The notes: generated by a model not told the origin, from the letters alone. 64,000 bases of DNA from Macrostomum lignano (GCA_002269645.1 NIVC01000347.1:186001-250000), one strand, 5' to 3'. Shown: positions 11,531 to 26,834, numbered from the stretch's first letter. Numbers and translations: made by a program.

Positions 11531-12039
11531 CTGGTCTATATTTCTGCACAAGTCAGTGAGTTGATTGTTATTCTGTTCTGCTTGCACATAAATTTCACAG
11601 AGAAAACGTTGCCTTTTGCAAAACAAAACATTTTAGCGCTGTTCTACGGGAACTAAAGGGCCATGCCAGGTGTTTCCACTTGGGAATGGGGTCTACACAC
11701 ACCGCTGCACTCTCTTTCATTCTTCGCGGTCTTTATAACCCTGACTATAGCCTGCCTGTAAGCAAACTCCAATAGTGCTCGGCTTATGCCTGTCAACTTT
11801 GACCGTTTGCGGCAACCACACAGCCCACAGTTATATTGTCGCAATGGGAAGTTCGCTTGTTTCTCAATTCTACTAAAAGAGATTTTTTACAATGGGGTGC
11901 GGGTAGAGGGTGGTTGCAGCTTTTGCGTCATGTATCGCAAGGAGGGTTTCTGCGACACTTCCTGTGACCCTAACCTGCGCATGCTTTGACTTCCAGATCA
12001 ATGAGTCGTCAACATAGTCAAATGTGTTTCACACTCGAA

Positions 12040-12592
12040 TTGCTGTCTACCTCTCTTTCTTACTGTCTACCTCTCTCTCTCTTACTGTCTACCTCTCTCT
12101 CTTACTGTCTACCTCTCTCTCTTACTGTCTACCTCTCTCTCTTACAGTCTACCTCTCTCTCTTACTGTCTACCTCTCTCTCCTATTGTCTACCTCTCTCT
12201 CTTATTGTCTACCTCTCTCTCTTACTATCCACCTCTCTCTCTTACTGTCTACCTCTCTCTCTTACTATCCACCTCTCTCTCTTACTGTCTACCTCTCTCT
12301 CTTACTGTCTACCTCTCTCTCTTACAGTCTACCTCTCTCTCTTACAGTCTACCTCTCTCTCTTACAGTCAACCTCTCTCTCTTACTGTCTACCTCTCTCT
12401 CCTATTGTCTACCTCTCTCTCTTATTGTCTACCTCTCTCTCTTACTGTCTACCTCTCTCTCTTACTGTCTACCTCTCTCTCTTACTGTCTACCTCTCTCT
12501 CTTACAGTCTACCTCTCTCTCTTACAGTCTACCTCTCTCTCTTATTGTCTACCTCTCTCTCTTATTGTCTACCTCTCTCTCTTACTGTCTAC
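12040..12592 (+). repeat. 20-bp minisatellite (TACTGTCTACCTCTCTCTCT)
   Basis: Tandem units. Confidence 0.95.
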
Positions 12593-13128
12593 CTAAACCC
12601 ATTCCTAAACCCAATCTTAAACCCAATCCTAAACCCAATCCTAAACCCAATCTTAAACCCAATTCTAAACCCAATCCTAAACCCAATCTTAAACCCAATC
12701 CTAAACCCAATCTTAAACCCAATCCTAAACCCATTCCTAAACCCAATCTTAAACCCAATCCTAAACACAATCCTAAACCAAATCCTAAACCAAATCCTAA
12801 ACCCAATCGTAAACCCATTCCTAAACCATATCCTTAACCCCATCCTAAACCCAATCCTAAAAGGCTAAAACCAATCCTAAACCCAATCCTAAACCCAATC
12901 CTAAACCCAATCCTAAACCCAATCTTAAACCCAATCCTAAACCCAATCCTAAACCCATTCCTAAATCCAATCCTAAACCCATTCCTAAATCCAATCTTAA
13001 ACCCAATCCTAAACCCAATCCTAAACCCAATCCTAAACCCAATCCTAAACCCAATCCTAAACCCAATCCTAAACCCAATCCTAAACCCAATCCTAAACCC
13101 AATCCTAAACCCAATCCTAAACCCAACT
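12593..13128 (+). repeat. 12-bp repeat (CCTAAACCCAAT)n, telomere-like
   Basis: ~44 units abutting the 20-bp array. Confidence 0.95.
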
Positions 13129-13850
13129 CAAAATAGTTGGCAGTCAATCGCTATGCTCCTCTGATATTCATCACAATTTGACAGCAATTGTTAAGAGTAA
13201 CGCCTGCTCTTTCACCTGTAGATCAAGGCAAGTTGAAGAAGAATCTGACAGAGCATCGGGTTCTATACCACCTCCGCTGCTCTCGCGCTTTTTCGCCTTT
13301 AAGCAATCTTCTTAATGCGGGTGTAGGCTGGGTGGGCGCTACAATTCTTGAGAGCGCATAATCTTCCTACCGGGGGCTGCCCCCGGCTCTTAATCCTGTC
13401 GATTTGTTTACTCATCTATTTTCGACCCCTCCCCCCACCCCCACCTGTATCTCAGCAAAGCTCGCCACTCTTCCCCGAGCCCCCAACTCAGCTACTGCGT
13501 GTCTCCGACTGCTCCGAAATTTCTGCCCCTGGGTAGCAGCGCATACGGGTCGTACGCTTTCCAGATATGCAAAATCCCACGCTGCTTCTGGACTAAAGCT
13601 GAGTCCAGTCGCACGACTGGCAGCTGAATTCTGATTGGTTGAAACCGAACCAACCAGTTAGCGCGGCGCACGCGTAGGATTAGCGGCAGGGGTGTCTAAA
13701 AGTCGCCCAGAAAGTCAGTCGCATTGAACGCTCGACCGAATCACTCCCGGCACCCAAGAGATCGTAAAAGTGGACCCAATTCGCGCTATATATAGATAAA
13801 GAGTTCACGTGCCCAGTAAGCAGTTCTGTGCAGCTCTTTGAACAGCTCTT

Positions 13851-13950
<100 letters not shown>

Positions 13951-14569
13951 GCCGGAAGGGTTACACACATGCTGTGTAACAACTTCAAAGAGGACTCCAG
14001 TTCAATATATTTATGAAAGAAAGTAATTTTCTATAGTTGATAAAGATATCGAATTGCTCGCAAAGGACAGACAATATTACCGGTAAGATTGTGCACTTTG
14101 CTTTGATTATATATGGACATTATTTGCTAGAAAAAATCTTTATTTACGATCAACAAGAGACTGTGGTAGGAAGGGTGAGATCTAGGAGAGATTGTGAGAG
14201 GAAGGGTGAGATTCGCTACTCACTCAAGTTATAAATTGCTGCAACAAGTGCGGGGTGATGTTGGGCTTGAAGTGGTGGCACAGATCGCATTCCTTCACCT
14301 ATACCGCTACCCCAGAGCCCCCATTGCACAATAAATAAATTGCGCCAGGAAGTGGCTGTGTTGCCAAGCAGCTCAGCCTGCCGAAGTGAGTCATACTGCG
14401 CTGCGTCAAACCCGAGTATTATGCTCTGGGCTTGATGTATGGGCTGGGGGCTGGAGCTGCTCCGGGCTTGCTGCGGCTTTGAGAGTGAGGGAGAAGAGAG
14501 AGGGGCTGATCGAGTGGCCACCAAATCTGATTAGCTCGCTGGGATAGCTCTGTGTATGTATGTGTCTAT

Positions 14570-17151
<2,582 letters not shown>

Positions 17152-17879
17152 GCTCAATTTTCAGGCCGAAATCTCACAGACTGAAATTTCGGGTAATTGT
17201 ACTGACGCAGGTGAAAACTGAAGCAATTTTTGGACTGTAGAAAAATAATCGTCTGAAATTTTGCGGCTATCAAACCGAGTTGCATTGTCTGTTGCCCAAG
17301 CAGAATTTCGCAAAGCCTTTATTAAAATCAGATTCAGGCTTTGAAAATTTCATGAAATCAGCGAATATTAATCCCCTGATGAGAAATTGTCGCCTCTAAT
17401 CTGCATAGTCTTTGTCGATAGATTAAACATTCGATTAAAACTGATTTCCGAATTCTAGAAAATCTTTCTTTTCAATTCCCAGCAACACGGAGGCTGGATG
17501 CGTCAGCCAGCACAAGCCCCCTCCCCTCAAAGCTTTAGCTGGATATATATGATGAGGCTGGGAAACTGGGGCAGAAATCGCTGGTAGAGGCTGGGATAAA
17601 GCTGCCCATGCAGCGGATGCAATCTGCAATCCAAGGCCGGCCTCAGAGAGCGAGTGTCTGTCTGCCTGACTTACCCGCCCTCTTCAAGCCGCGGTGTACA
17701 ATCGCGCGCTTTGAAAGCGGCAGGGCAGATGGAGATGCAGGACGCACTGCAGTTGCAGCGGACACCGAAGATAATGTTTCTCGCACTTCAGTCTTTTGTT
17801 TGTTTCAGACACTATGATTCAGGTGTGCTAGTGGAATATTTTGTCCGGGGAAGAAGTGAAAGGGTGAGAAGGAGATAGA

Positions 17880-19100
17880 GAGGATGAGATGATGGAAATA
17901 CAGAGGGTGAGAGTGAGGCAGAGAGGAAGAGAGGGAGATGGGGAGGGTGAGAGGGAGGCAGAGAGGAAGAGAGGGAGATGGGGAGGGTGAGAGGGAGGCA
18001 GAGAGGAAGAGAGGGAGATGGGGAGGGTGAGAGGGAGGCAGAGAGGAAGAGAGGGAGATGGGGAGGGTGAGAGGGAGGCAGAGAGGAAGAGAGGGAGATG
18101 GGGAGGGTGAGAGGGAGGCAGAGAGGAAGAGAGGGAGATGGGGAGGGTGAGAGGGAGGCAGAGAGGAAGAGAGGGAGATGGGGAGGGTGAGAGGGAGGCA
18201 GAGAGGAAGAGAGGGAGATGGGGAGGGTGAGAGGGAGGCAGAGAGGAAGAGAGGGAGATGGGGAGGGTGAGAGGGAGGCAGAGAGGAAGAGAGGGAGATG
18301 GGGAGGGTGAGAGGGAGGCAGAGAGGAAGAGAGGGAGATGGGGAGGGTGAGAGGGAGGCAGAGAGGAAGAGAGGGAGATGGGGAGGGTGAGAGGGAGGCA
18401 GAGAGGAAGAGAGGGAGATGGGGAGGGTGAGAGGGAGGCAGAGAGGAAGAGAGGGAGATGGGAGGGTGAGAGGGAGATAGAGAGGAAGAGAGGGAGATGG
18501 AGAGGGTGAGAGGGAGACAGAGAGGAAGAGAGGGAGATGGAGAGGGTGAGAGGGAGACAGAGAGGAAGAGAGGGAGATGGAGAGGGTGAGAGGGAGATAG
18601 AGAGGAAGAGAGGGAGATGGAGAGGGTGAGAGGGAGATAGAGAGGAAGAGAGGGAGATGGAGAGGGTGAGAGGGAGACAGAGAGGAAGAGAGGGAGATGG
18701 AGAGGGTGAGAGGGAGACAGAGAGGAAGAGAGGGAGATGGAGAGGGTGAGAGGGAGATAGAGAGGAAGAGAGGGAGATGGAGAGGGTGAGAGGGAGATAG
18801 AGAGGAAGAGAGGGAGATGGAGAGGGTGAGAGGGAGATAGAGAGGAAGAGAGGGAGATGGAGAGGGTGAGAGGGAGACAGAGAGGAAGAGAGGGAGATGG
18901 AGAGGGTGAGAGGGAGACAAATATGGTGAGAGGGAGACAGAGAGGAAGAGAGTGAGATGGAGAGGGTGAGAGGGAGACAAATATGGTGAGAGGGAGACAG
19001 AGAGGAAGAGAGGGAGATGGAGAGGGTGATGGGGAAGGCAGAGAGGATGGGGGGAGACAGAGAGGAAAAGAGGGCAATGGAGGGTGAGAGGGAGATGGAC
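17880..19100 (+). repeat. 40-bp purine-rich minisatellite (copy A; copy B at ~24050-25250)
   Basis: GGGAGGGTGAGAGGGAGGCAGAGAGGAAGAGAGGGAGATG units. Confidence 0.95.
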
Positions 19101-19852
19101 CGTGTGAGGGGAGCTTCTAGAAGGAGATGGAAGCGTGAGAAGCAGCCTGGAAAAGTAGAAATTGCGTTTGAAATCAGAACGCCTGATTCCCAGACCGGCT
19201 GCGCAGAGTAAATGACAGAGAAGGTCAAGTGGGATGGAGGGTGTGTCATGGCCAACCCCCCAGCCCCAGTGTAAGCAATTTCTGCTGAAGCAATTTCTGC
19301 AACAGAAAATCTCTGTTGCTGCTTTGGTGTAACTTTTAGTTTTCAGCGCCTTTTAGTTTTCAGTTCGGGACAGGCAGGACATGACTGGGATATGATTCAG
19401 AGGCCAAGAGGGAAATCCTTGAACGAGTTGGATGTTGCCCCCCGGATAGATGAGGTTCCGCGCACAGTCTTTACTGTTTATGTAATAACATCTATTTACT
19501 TGCACTTCTTTTTGAAAAGTTCTCAGTGCTCTGTTTTAATTTAATATTTGTTCTCAATTCTACGGGCGTAAATAACTTATTTGTTGAACTTTTCAAGATG
19601 CTTATTCATACACTTCTACGCTCTAAATCTGTTTTTCTATAGCACCTAACATCTTTAATATTTTTTGTGCAAGGCTTTAAGCTGCCAATCTTTAACCAAT
19701 CAGCGTGCTTCAACTCACGTTTTTAACTAATTATACGTACACATCTTTACTCAACACTGCTCAGTGCACCCCCAAAAGTAGCATATATATATATTGAAAT
19801 TATGTTGCAATAACTTCACTGCCAATATATTTGTTTTTAAACCCGAATAAAT

Positions 19853-19893
19853 AAACCCTGACGAAGGCCCAGTCTGGGCCGAAATATCGGTTT
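19853..19893 (+). ncRNA. Minimal type I hammerhead ribozyme, copy 1 (predicted cleavage after 19888)
   Basis: AAACC-CTGACGA-A-GGCCC(AGTCT)GGGCC-GAAA-TATC^GGTTT: CUGANGA and GAAA cores, 5-bp stem II, stem I AAACC/GGTTT, palindromic ATAT helix III, AUC triplet. Confidence 0.85.
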
Positions 19894-21218
19894 TTTTCGA
19901 ACATTCGACAACTGGTAACCTTCAATATCTTCCGAGTGCGTGGTTTGCAGTTTCAAACTGCCTTATGAATATCTGTACCCAGGACCGGACTATTATTGAG
20001 GCTCGCCATGTTTGTCAACAAAATATCTTCGTATACGAGCTATTCTCCGCCAAAAATCTACTTGGGATAAGCAAGAGTACTATTTCTGCAGCTGAATATT
20101 TAAGACGCACGACACTACTACGACTACGGCTACGACTACGACTGTACTACTACTACTCTACTACCACTACTACTACTACTGCAACTACTAGTGCTACTAC
20201 TACTGAAAATCTAGCTTCAACTGATCCGCAGTGCCCAGTCGCCTGTGACCAGGGGCTGTGCAGGCGGCGATCTGTGACCAGACGCCGCCAACTGCGACTA
20301 GTGGCCTGCCTGGCTACTTCAAATAACTGCTTACCAGTACGTCTCTACTACGACTACGCCTACGACTGCTCTACTACTACTCTACTAATACTTGTACTAC
20401 TACTACTTCCATTACTACTACTACGAGCTACTACTGCAACTACTAGTGCTACTACTACTGATAATCTAGCCTCAACTGATCTGCAGTGCCCAGTCGCCTG
20501 TGACCAGGGGCTGTGCAGGCGGCGATCTGTGACCAGACGCCGCCAACTGCGACTAGTGGCCTGCCTGGCTACTTCAAATAACTGCTTACCAGTACGTCTC
20601 TACTACGACTACGCCTACGACTGCTCTACTACTACTCTACTAATACTTGTACTACTACTACTTCCATTACTACTACTACGAGCTACTACTGCAACTACTA
20701 GTGCTACTACTACTGATAATCTAGCCTCAACTGATCTGCAGTGCCCAGTCGCCTGTGACCAGGGGCTGTGCAGGCGGCGATCTGTGACCAGACGCCGCCA
20801 ACTGCGACTAGTGGCCTGCCTGGCTACTCAATTTATTTACTGTTTATGTAATAACATCTATTTACTTGCACTTCTTTTTGAAAAGTTCTCAGTGCTCTGT
20901 TTTAATTTAATATTTGTTCTCAATTCTACGGGCGTAAATAACTTATTTGTTGAACTTTTCAAGATGCTTATTCATACACTTCTACGCTCTAAATCTGTTT
21001 TTCTATAGCACCTAACATCTTTAATATTTTTTGTGCAAGGCTTTAAGCTGCCAATCTTTAACCAATCAGCGTGCTTCAACTCACGTTTTTAACTAATTAT
21101 ACGTACACATCTTTACTCAACACTGCTCAGTGCACCCCCAAAAGTAGCATATATATATATTGAAATTATGTTACAATAACTTCACTGCCAATATATTTGT
21201 TTTTAAACCCGAATAAAT

Positions 21219-21259
21219 AAACCCTGACGAAGGCCCAGTCTGGGCCGAAATATCGGTTT
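21219..21259 (+). ncRNA. Minimal type I hammerhead ribozyme, copy 2 (predicted cleavage after 21254)
   Basis: Identical to copy 1, 1366 nt downstream. Confidence 0.85.
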
Positions 21260-22328
21260 TTTTCGAACATTCGACAACTGGTAACCTTCAATATCTTCCG
21301 AGTGCGTGGTTTGCAGTTTCAAACTGCCTTATGAATATCTGTACCCAGGACCGGACTATTATTGAGGCTCGCCATGTTTGTCAACAAAATATCTTCGTAT
21401 ACGAGCTATTCTCCGCCAAAAATCTACTTGGGATAAGCAAGAGTACTATTTCTGCAGCTGAATATTTAAGACGCACGACACTACTACGACTACGGCTACG
21501 ACTACGACTGTACTACTACTACTCTACTACCACTACTACTACTACTGCAACTACTAGTGCTACTACTACTGAAAATCTAGCTTCAACTGATCCGCAGTGC
21601 CCAGTCGCCTGTGACCAGGGGCTGTGCAGGCGGCGATCTGTGACCAGACGCCGCCAACTGCGACTAGTGGCCTGCCTGGCTACTTCAAATAACTGCTTAC
21701 CAGTACGTCTCTACTACGACTACGCCTACGACTGCTCTACTACTACTCTACTAATACTTGTACTACTACTACTTCCATTACTACTACTACGAGCTACTAC
21801 TGCAACTACTAGTGCTACTACTACTGATAATCTAGCCTCAACTGATCTGCAGTGCCCAGTCGCCTGTGACCAGGGGCTGTGCAGGCGGCGATCTGTGACC
21901 AGACGCCGCCAACTGCGACTAGTGGCCTGCCTGGCTACTCAATTTATTTACTGTTTATGTAATAACATCTATTTACTTGCACTTCTTTTTGAAAAGTTCT
22001 CAGTGCTCTGTTTTAATTTAATATTTGTTCTCAATTCTACGGGCGTAAATAACTTATTTGTTGAACTTTTCAAGATGCTTATTCATACACTTCTACGCTC
22101 TAAATCTGTTTTTCTATAGCACCTAACATCTTTAATATTTTTTGTGCAAGGCTTTAAGCTGCCAATCTTTAACCAATCAGCGTGCTTCAACTCACGTTTT
22201 TAACTAATTATACGTACACATCTTTACTCAACACTGCTCAGTGCACCCCAAAAGTAGCATATATATATATTGAAATTATGTTACAATAACTTCACTGCCA
22301 ATATATTTGTTTTTAAACCCGAATAAAT

Positions 22329-22369
22329 AAACCCTGACGAAGGCCCAGTCTGGGCCGAAATATCGGTTT
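22329..22369 (+). ncRNA. Minimal type I hammerhead ribozyme, copy 3 (predicted cleavage after 22364)
   Basis: Identical to copy 1, 1110 nt downstream of copy 2. Confidence 0.85.
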
Positions 22370-22445
22370 TTTTCGAACATTCGACAACTGGTAACCTTCA
22401 ATATCTTCCGAGTGCGTGGTTTGCAGTTTCAAACTGCCTTATGAA

Positions 22446-22449
<4 letters not shown>

Positions 22450-22510
<61 letters not shown>

Positions 22511-22627
22511 GTCTATCTATCTATCTATCTGTCTATCTATCTATCTGTCTATCTGTCTATCTATCTATCTATCTATCTGTCTATCTATCTATCTATCTAT
22601 CTGTCTATCTATCTATCTGTCTATCTG

Positions 22628-22698
<71 letters not shown>

Positions 22699-22701
22699 GT
22701 C

Positions 22702-22750
<49 letters not shown>

Positions 22751-22751
22751 C

Positions 22752-22799
<48 letters not shown>

Positions 22800-22852
22800 C
22801 CTATCTATCTATCTATCTATCTATCTATTTATCTATCTATTTATCTATCTAC

Positions 22853-22894
<42 letters not shown>

Positions 22895-22916
22895 GTCTGT
22901 CTATCTATCTATCTAC

Positions 22917-22959
<43 letters not shown>

Positions 22960-22964
22960 CCTAC

Positions 22965-23030
<66 letters not shown>

Positions 23031-23143
23031 GTCTATCTATCTATCTATCTGTCTATCTATCTATCTGTCTATCTGTCTATCTATCTATCTATCTATCTGT
23101 CTATCTATCTATCTATCTGTCTATCTATCTATCTGTCTATCTG

Positions 23144-23218
<75 letters not shown>

Positions 23219-23219
23219 G

Positions 23220-23302
<83 letters not shown>

Positions 23303-25620
23303 GCTCAATTTTCAGGCCGAAATCTCACAGACTGAAATTTCGGGTAATTGTACTGACGCAGGTGAAAACTGAAGCAATTTTTGGACTGTAGAAAAATAAT
23401 CGTCTGAAATTTTGCGGCTATCAAACCGAGTTGCATTGTCTGTTGCCCAAGCAGAATTTCGCAAAGCCTTTATTAAAATCAGATTCAGGCTTTGAAAATT
23501 TCATGAAATCAGCGAATATTAATCCCCTGATGAGAAATTGTCGCCTCTAATCTGCATAGTCTTTGTCGATAGATTAAACATTCGATTAAAACTGATTTCC
23601 GAATTCTAGAAAATCTTTCTTTTCAATTCCCAGCAACACGGAGGCTGGATGCGTCAGCCAGCACAAGCCCCCTCCCCTCAAAGCTTTAGCTGGATATATA
23701 TGATGAGGCTGGGAAACTGGGGCAGAAATCGCTGGTAGAGGCTGGGATAAAGCTGCCCATGCAGCGGATGCAATCTGCAATCCAAGGCCGGCCTCAGAGA
23801 GCGAGTGTCTGTCTGCCTGACTTACCCGCCCTCTTCAAGCCGCGGTGTACAATCGCGCGCTTTGAAAGCGGCAGGGCAGATGGAGATGCAGGACGCACTG
23901 CAGTTGCAGCGGACACCGAAGATAATGTTTCTCGCACTTCAGTCTTTTGTTTGTTTCAGACACTATGATTCAGGTGTGCTAGTGGAATATTTTGTCCGGG
24001 GAAGAAGTGAAAGGGTGAGAAGGAGATAGAGAGGATGAGATGATGGAAATACAGAGGGTGAGAGTGAGGCAGAGAGGAAGAGAGGGAGATGGGGAGGGTG
24101 AGAGGGAGGCAGAGAGGAAGAGAGGGAGATGGGGAGGGTGAGAGGGAGGCAGAGAGGAAGAGAGGGAGATGGGGAGGGTGAGAGGGAGGCAGAGAGGAAG
24201 AGAGGGAGATGGGGAGGGTGAGAGGGAGGCAGAGAGGAAGAGAGGGAGATGGGGAGGGTGAGAGGGAGGCAGAGAGGAAGAGAGGGAGATGGGGAGGGTG
24301 AGAGGGAGGCAGAGAGGAAGAGAGGGAGATGGGGAGGGTGAGAGGGAGGCAGAGAGGAAGAGAGGGAGATGGGGAGGGTGAGAGGGAGGCAGAGAGGAAG
24401 AGAGGGAGATGGGGAGGGTGAGAGGGAGGCAGAGAGGAAGAGAGGGAGATGGGGAGGGTGAGAGGGAGGCAGAGAGGAAGAGAGGGAGATGGGGAGGGTG
24501 AGAGGGAGGCAGAGAGGAAGAGAGGGAGATGGGGAGGGTGAGAGGGAGGCAGAGAGGAAGAGAGGGAGATGGGGAGGGTGAGAGGGAGGCAGAGAGGAAG
24601 AGAGGGAGATGGGGAGGGTGAGAGGGAGATAGAGAGGAAGAGAGGGAGATGGAGAGGGTGAGAGGGAGACAGAGAGGAAGAGAGGGAGATGGAGAGGGTG
24701 AGAGGGAGACAGAGAGGAAGAGAGGGAGATGGAGAGGGTGAGAGGGAGATAGAGAGGAAGAGAGGGAGATGGAGAGGGTGAGAGGGAGATAGAGAGGAAG
24801 AGAGGGAGATGGAGAGGGTGAGAGGGAGACAGAGAGGAAGAGAGGGAGATGGAGAGGGTGAGAGGGAGACAGAGAGGAAGAGAGGGAGATGGAGAGGGTG
24901 AGAGGGAGATAGAGAGGAAGAGAGGGAGATGGAGAGGGTGAGAGGGAGATAGAGAGGAAGAGAGGGAGATGGAGAGGGTGAGAGGGAGATAGAGAGGAAG
25001 AGAGGGAGATGGAGAGGGTGAGAGGGAGACAGAGAGGAAGAGAGGGAGATGGAGAGGGTGAGAGGGAGACAAATATGGTGAGAGGGAGACAGAGAGGAAG
25101 AGAGTGAGATGGAGAGGGTGAGAGGGAGACAAATATGGTGAGAGGGAGACAGAGAGGAAGAGAGGGAGATGGAGAGGGTGATGGGGAAGGCAGAGAGGAT
25201 GGGGGGAGACAGAGAGGAAAAGAGGGCAATGGAGGGTGAGAGGGAGATGGACCGTGTGAGGGGAGCTTCTAGAAGGAGATGGAAGCGTGAGAAGCAGCCT
25301 GGAAAAGTAGAAATTGCGTTTGAAATCAGAACGCCTGATTCCCAGACCGGCTGCGCAGAGTAAATGACAGAGAAGGTCAAGTGGGATGGAGGGTGTGTCA
25401 TGGCCAACCCCCAGCCCCAGTGTAAGCAATTTCTGCTGAAGCAATTTCTGCAACAGAAAATCTCTGTTGCTGCTTTGGTGTAACTTTTAGTTTTCAGCGC
25501 CTTTTAGTTTTCAGTTCGGGACAGGCAGGACATGACTGGGATATGATTCAGAGGCCAAGAGGGAAATCCTTGAACGAGTTGGATGTTGCCCCCCGGATAG
25601 ATGAGGTTCCGCGCACAGTC
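22450..25620 (+). repeat. Copy B of the ~3.15-kb direct segmental duplication
   Basis: Both copies end GTTCCGCGCACAGTC. Copy B continues into unique sequence at 25621. Confidence 0.9.
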
Positions 25621-25829
25621 AGTGCAGCGTAGAAAATCTGGGAAATCATATGCGCGCCTATATCCTACGGTAGGGTTGCGTGTACTTTAATGGGATAATC
25701 CAGTGCGCAAATCGGTCACAGACTGCGCTTGTATATGGATTCTGTGTTAGTGATGAAGCGAAATTACTGGGCTAAGCTTGTGCTGGCCTGTGTATGGTTT
25801 CATTGTGTCTGGATGTGAGATATGCGGTG

Positions 25830-26620
25830 CTCTGTCTCCCTCTCACCCTGTCTGTCTCCCTCTCACCCTGTCTATCTCCCTCTCAACCTGTCTATCTCCC
25901 TCTCACCCTGTCTATCTCCCTCTCACCCTGTCTATCTCCCTCTCACCCTGTCTATCTCCCTCTCACCCTGTCTATCTCCCTCTCACCCTGTCTGTCTCCC
26001 TCTCAACCTGTCTATCTCCCTCTCACCCTGTCTGTCTCCCTCTCAACCTGTCTATCTCCCTCTCACCCTGTCTGTCTCCCTCTCAACCTGTCTATCTCCC
26101 TCTCACCCTGCCTGTCTCCCTCTCAACCTGTCTATCTCCCTCTCACCCTGTCTGTCTCCCTCTCAACCTGTATATCTCCCTCTCACCCTGTCTGTCTCCC
26201 TCTCACCCTGTCTATCTCCCTCTCACCCTGTCTGTCTCCCTCTCACCCTGTCTATCTCCGTCTCACCCTGTCTGTCTCCCTCTCAACCTGTCTGTCTCCC
26301 TCTCACCCTGTCTGTCTCTCTCTCACCCTGTCTGTCTCCCTCTCACCCTGTCTGTCTCCCTCTCAACCTGTCTGTCTCCCCCTCACCCTGTCTGTCTCCC
26401 TCTCACCCTGTCTGTCTCCCTCTCACCCTGTCTATCTCCCTCTCACCCTGTCTGTCTCCCTCTCACCCTGTCTGTCTCCCTCTCACCCTGTCTGTCTCCC
26501 TCTCACCCTCTCTGTCTCCCTCTCACCCTGTCTGTCTCCCTCTCACCCTGTCTGTCTCTCTCTCACCCTCTCTGTCTCCCTCTCACCCTGTCTGTCTCCC
26601 TCTCACCCTCTCTGTCTCCC
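25830..26620 (+). repeat. 20-bp pyrimidine-rich minisatellite (CTGTCTCCCTCTCACCCTGT)
   Basis: Tandem units, near reverse complement of half of the 40-bp purine unit. Confidence 0.95.
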
Positions 26621-26834
26621 TGTCTTCTTTTCGAAAAGAAAGCCTCAACTTACAAGTTGGTACTTATGAAATTTCTCTATTGCAAATTCTGTTACAAAAT
26701 ACATTGTCATGTCGGCATCTCAGTCTCATCTCTTTACTTAGTTGTTTTTTTGTTTAAATATTCCCTATACGGAAGAGGAACTAATCCTTCATCGTTGGAT
26801 TTGAGTTCCAAGCTGCACCTGGAAAGGCGTCACT

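Larger units (their letters stand above)
19470..22450 (+). mobile_element. Head-to-tail multimer (~2.4 units of 1.1-1.37 kb) of a hammerhead-bearing non-autonomous element (Penelope-like/retrozyme-like)
   Basis: Near-identical blocks start at 19470, 20836 and ~21946, with one hammerhead per unit and a 255-bp internal duplication in the first unit. No RT or endonuclease ORF recognised. Confidence 0.7.

Noticed and set aside
11653-11989. Short Cys-containing ORFs, possibly a transposase remnant
   Set aside because: No diagnostic motif (e.g. hAT ERSFS) could be assembled in any frame.
12593-13128. True telomere
   Set aside because: It is internal, has a 12-bp period and is not canonical TTAGGG.
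17370-17460. CTGATGA that might begin another hammerhead (also at ~23525)
   Set aside because: No properly placed stem II followed by GAAA, and no stem I/NUH site.
20228-20316. HDV-like ribozyme fold for the GC-rich module
   Set aside because: P2, P3 and P4-like pairings exist, but L3 is only 4 nt without the UCC/P1.1 element and P1 is mismatched. Kept only as a hairpin finding.
19965-21008. 347-aa and 262-aa ORFs in the ribozyme element
   Set aside because: Low-complexity CTA-repeat translation with no RT, GIY-YIG or other domain recognised.
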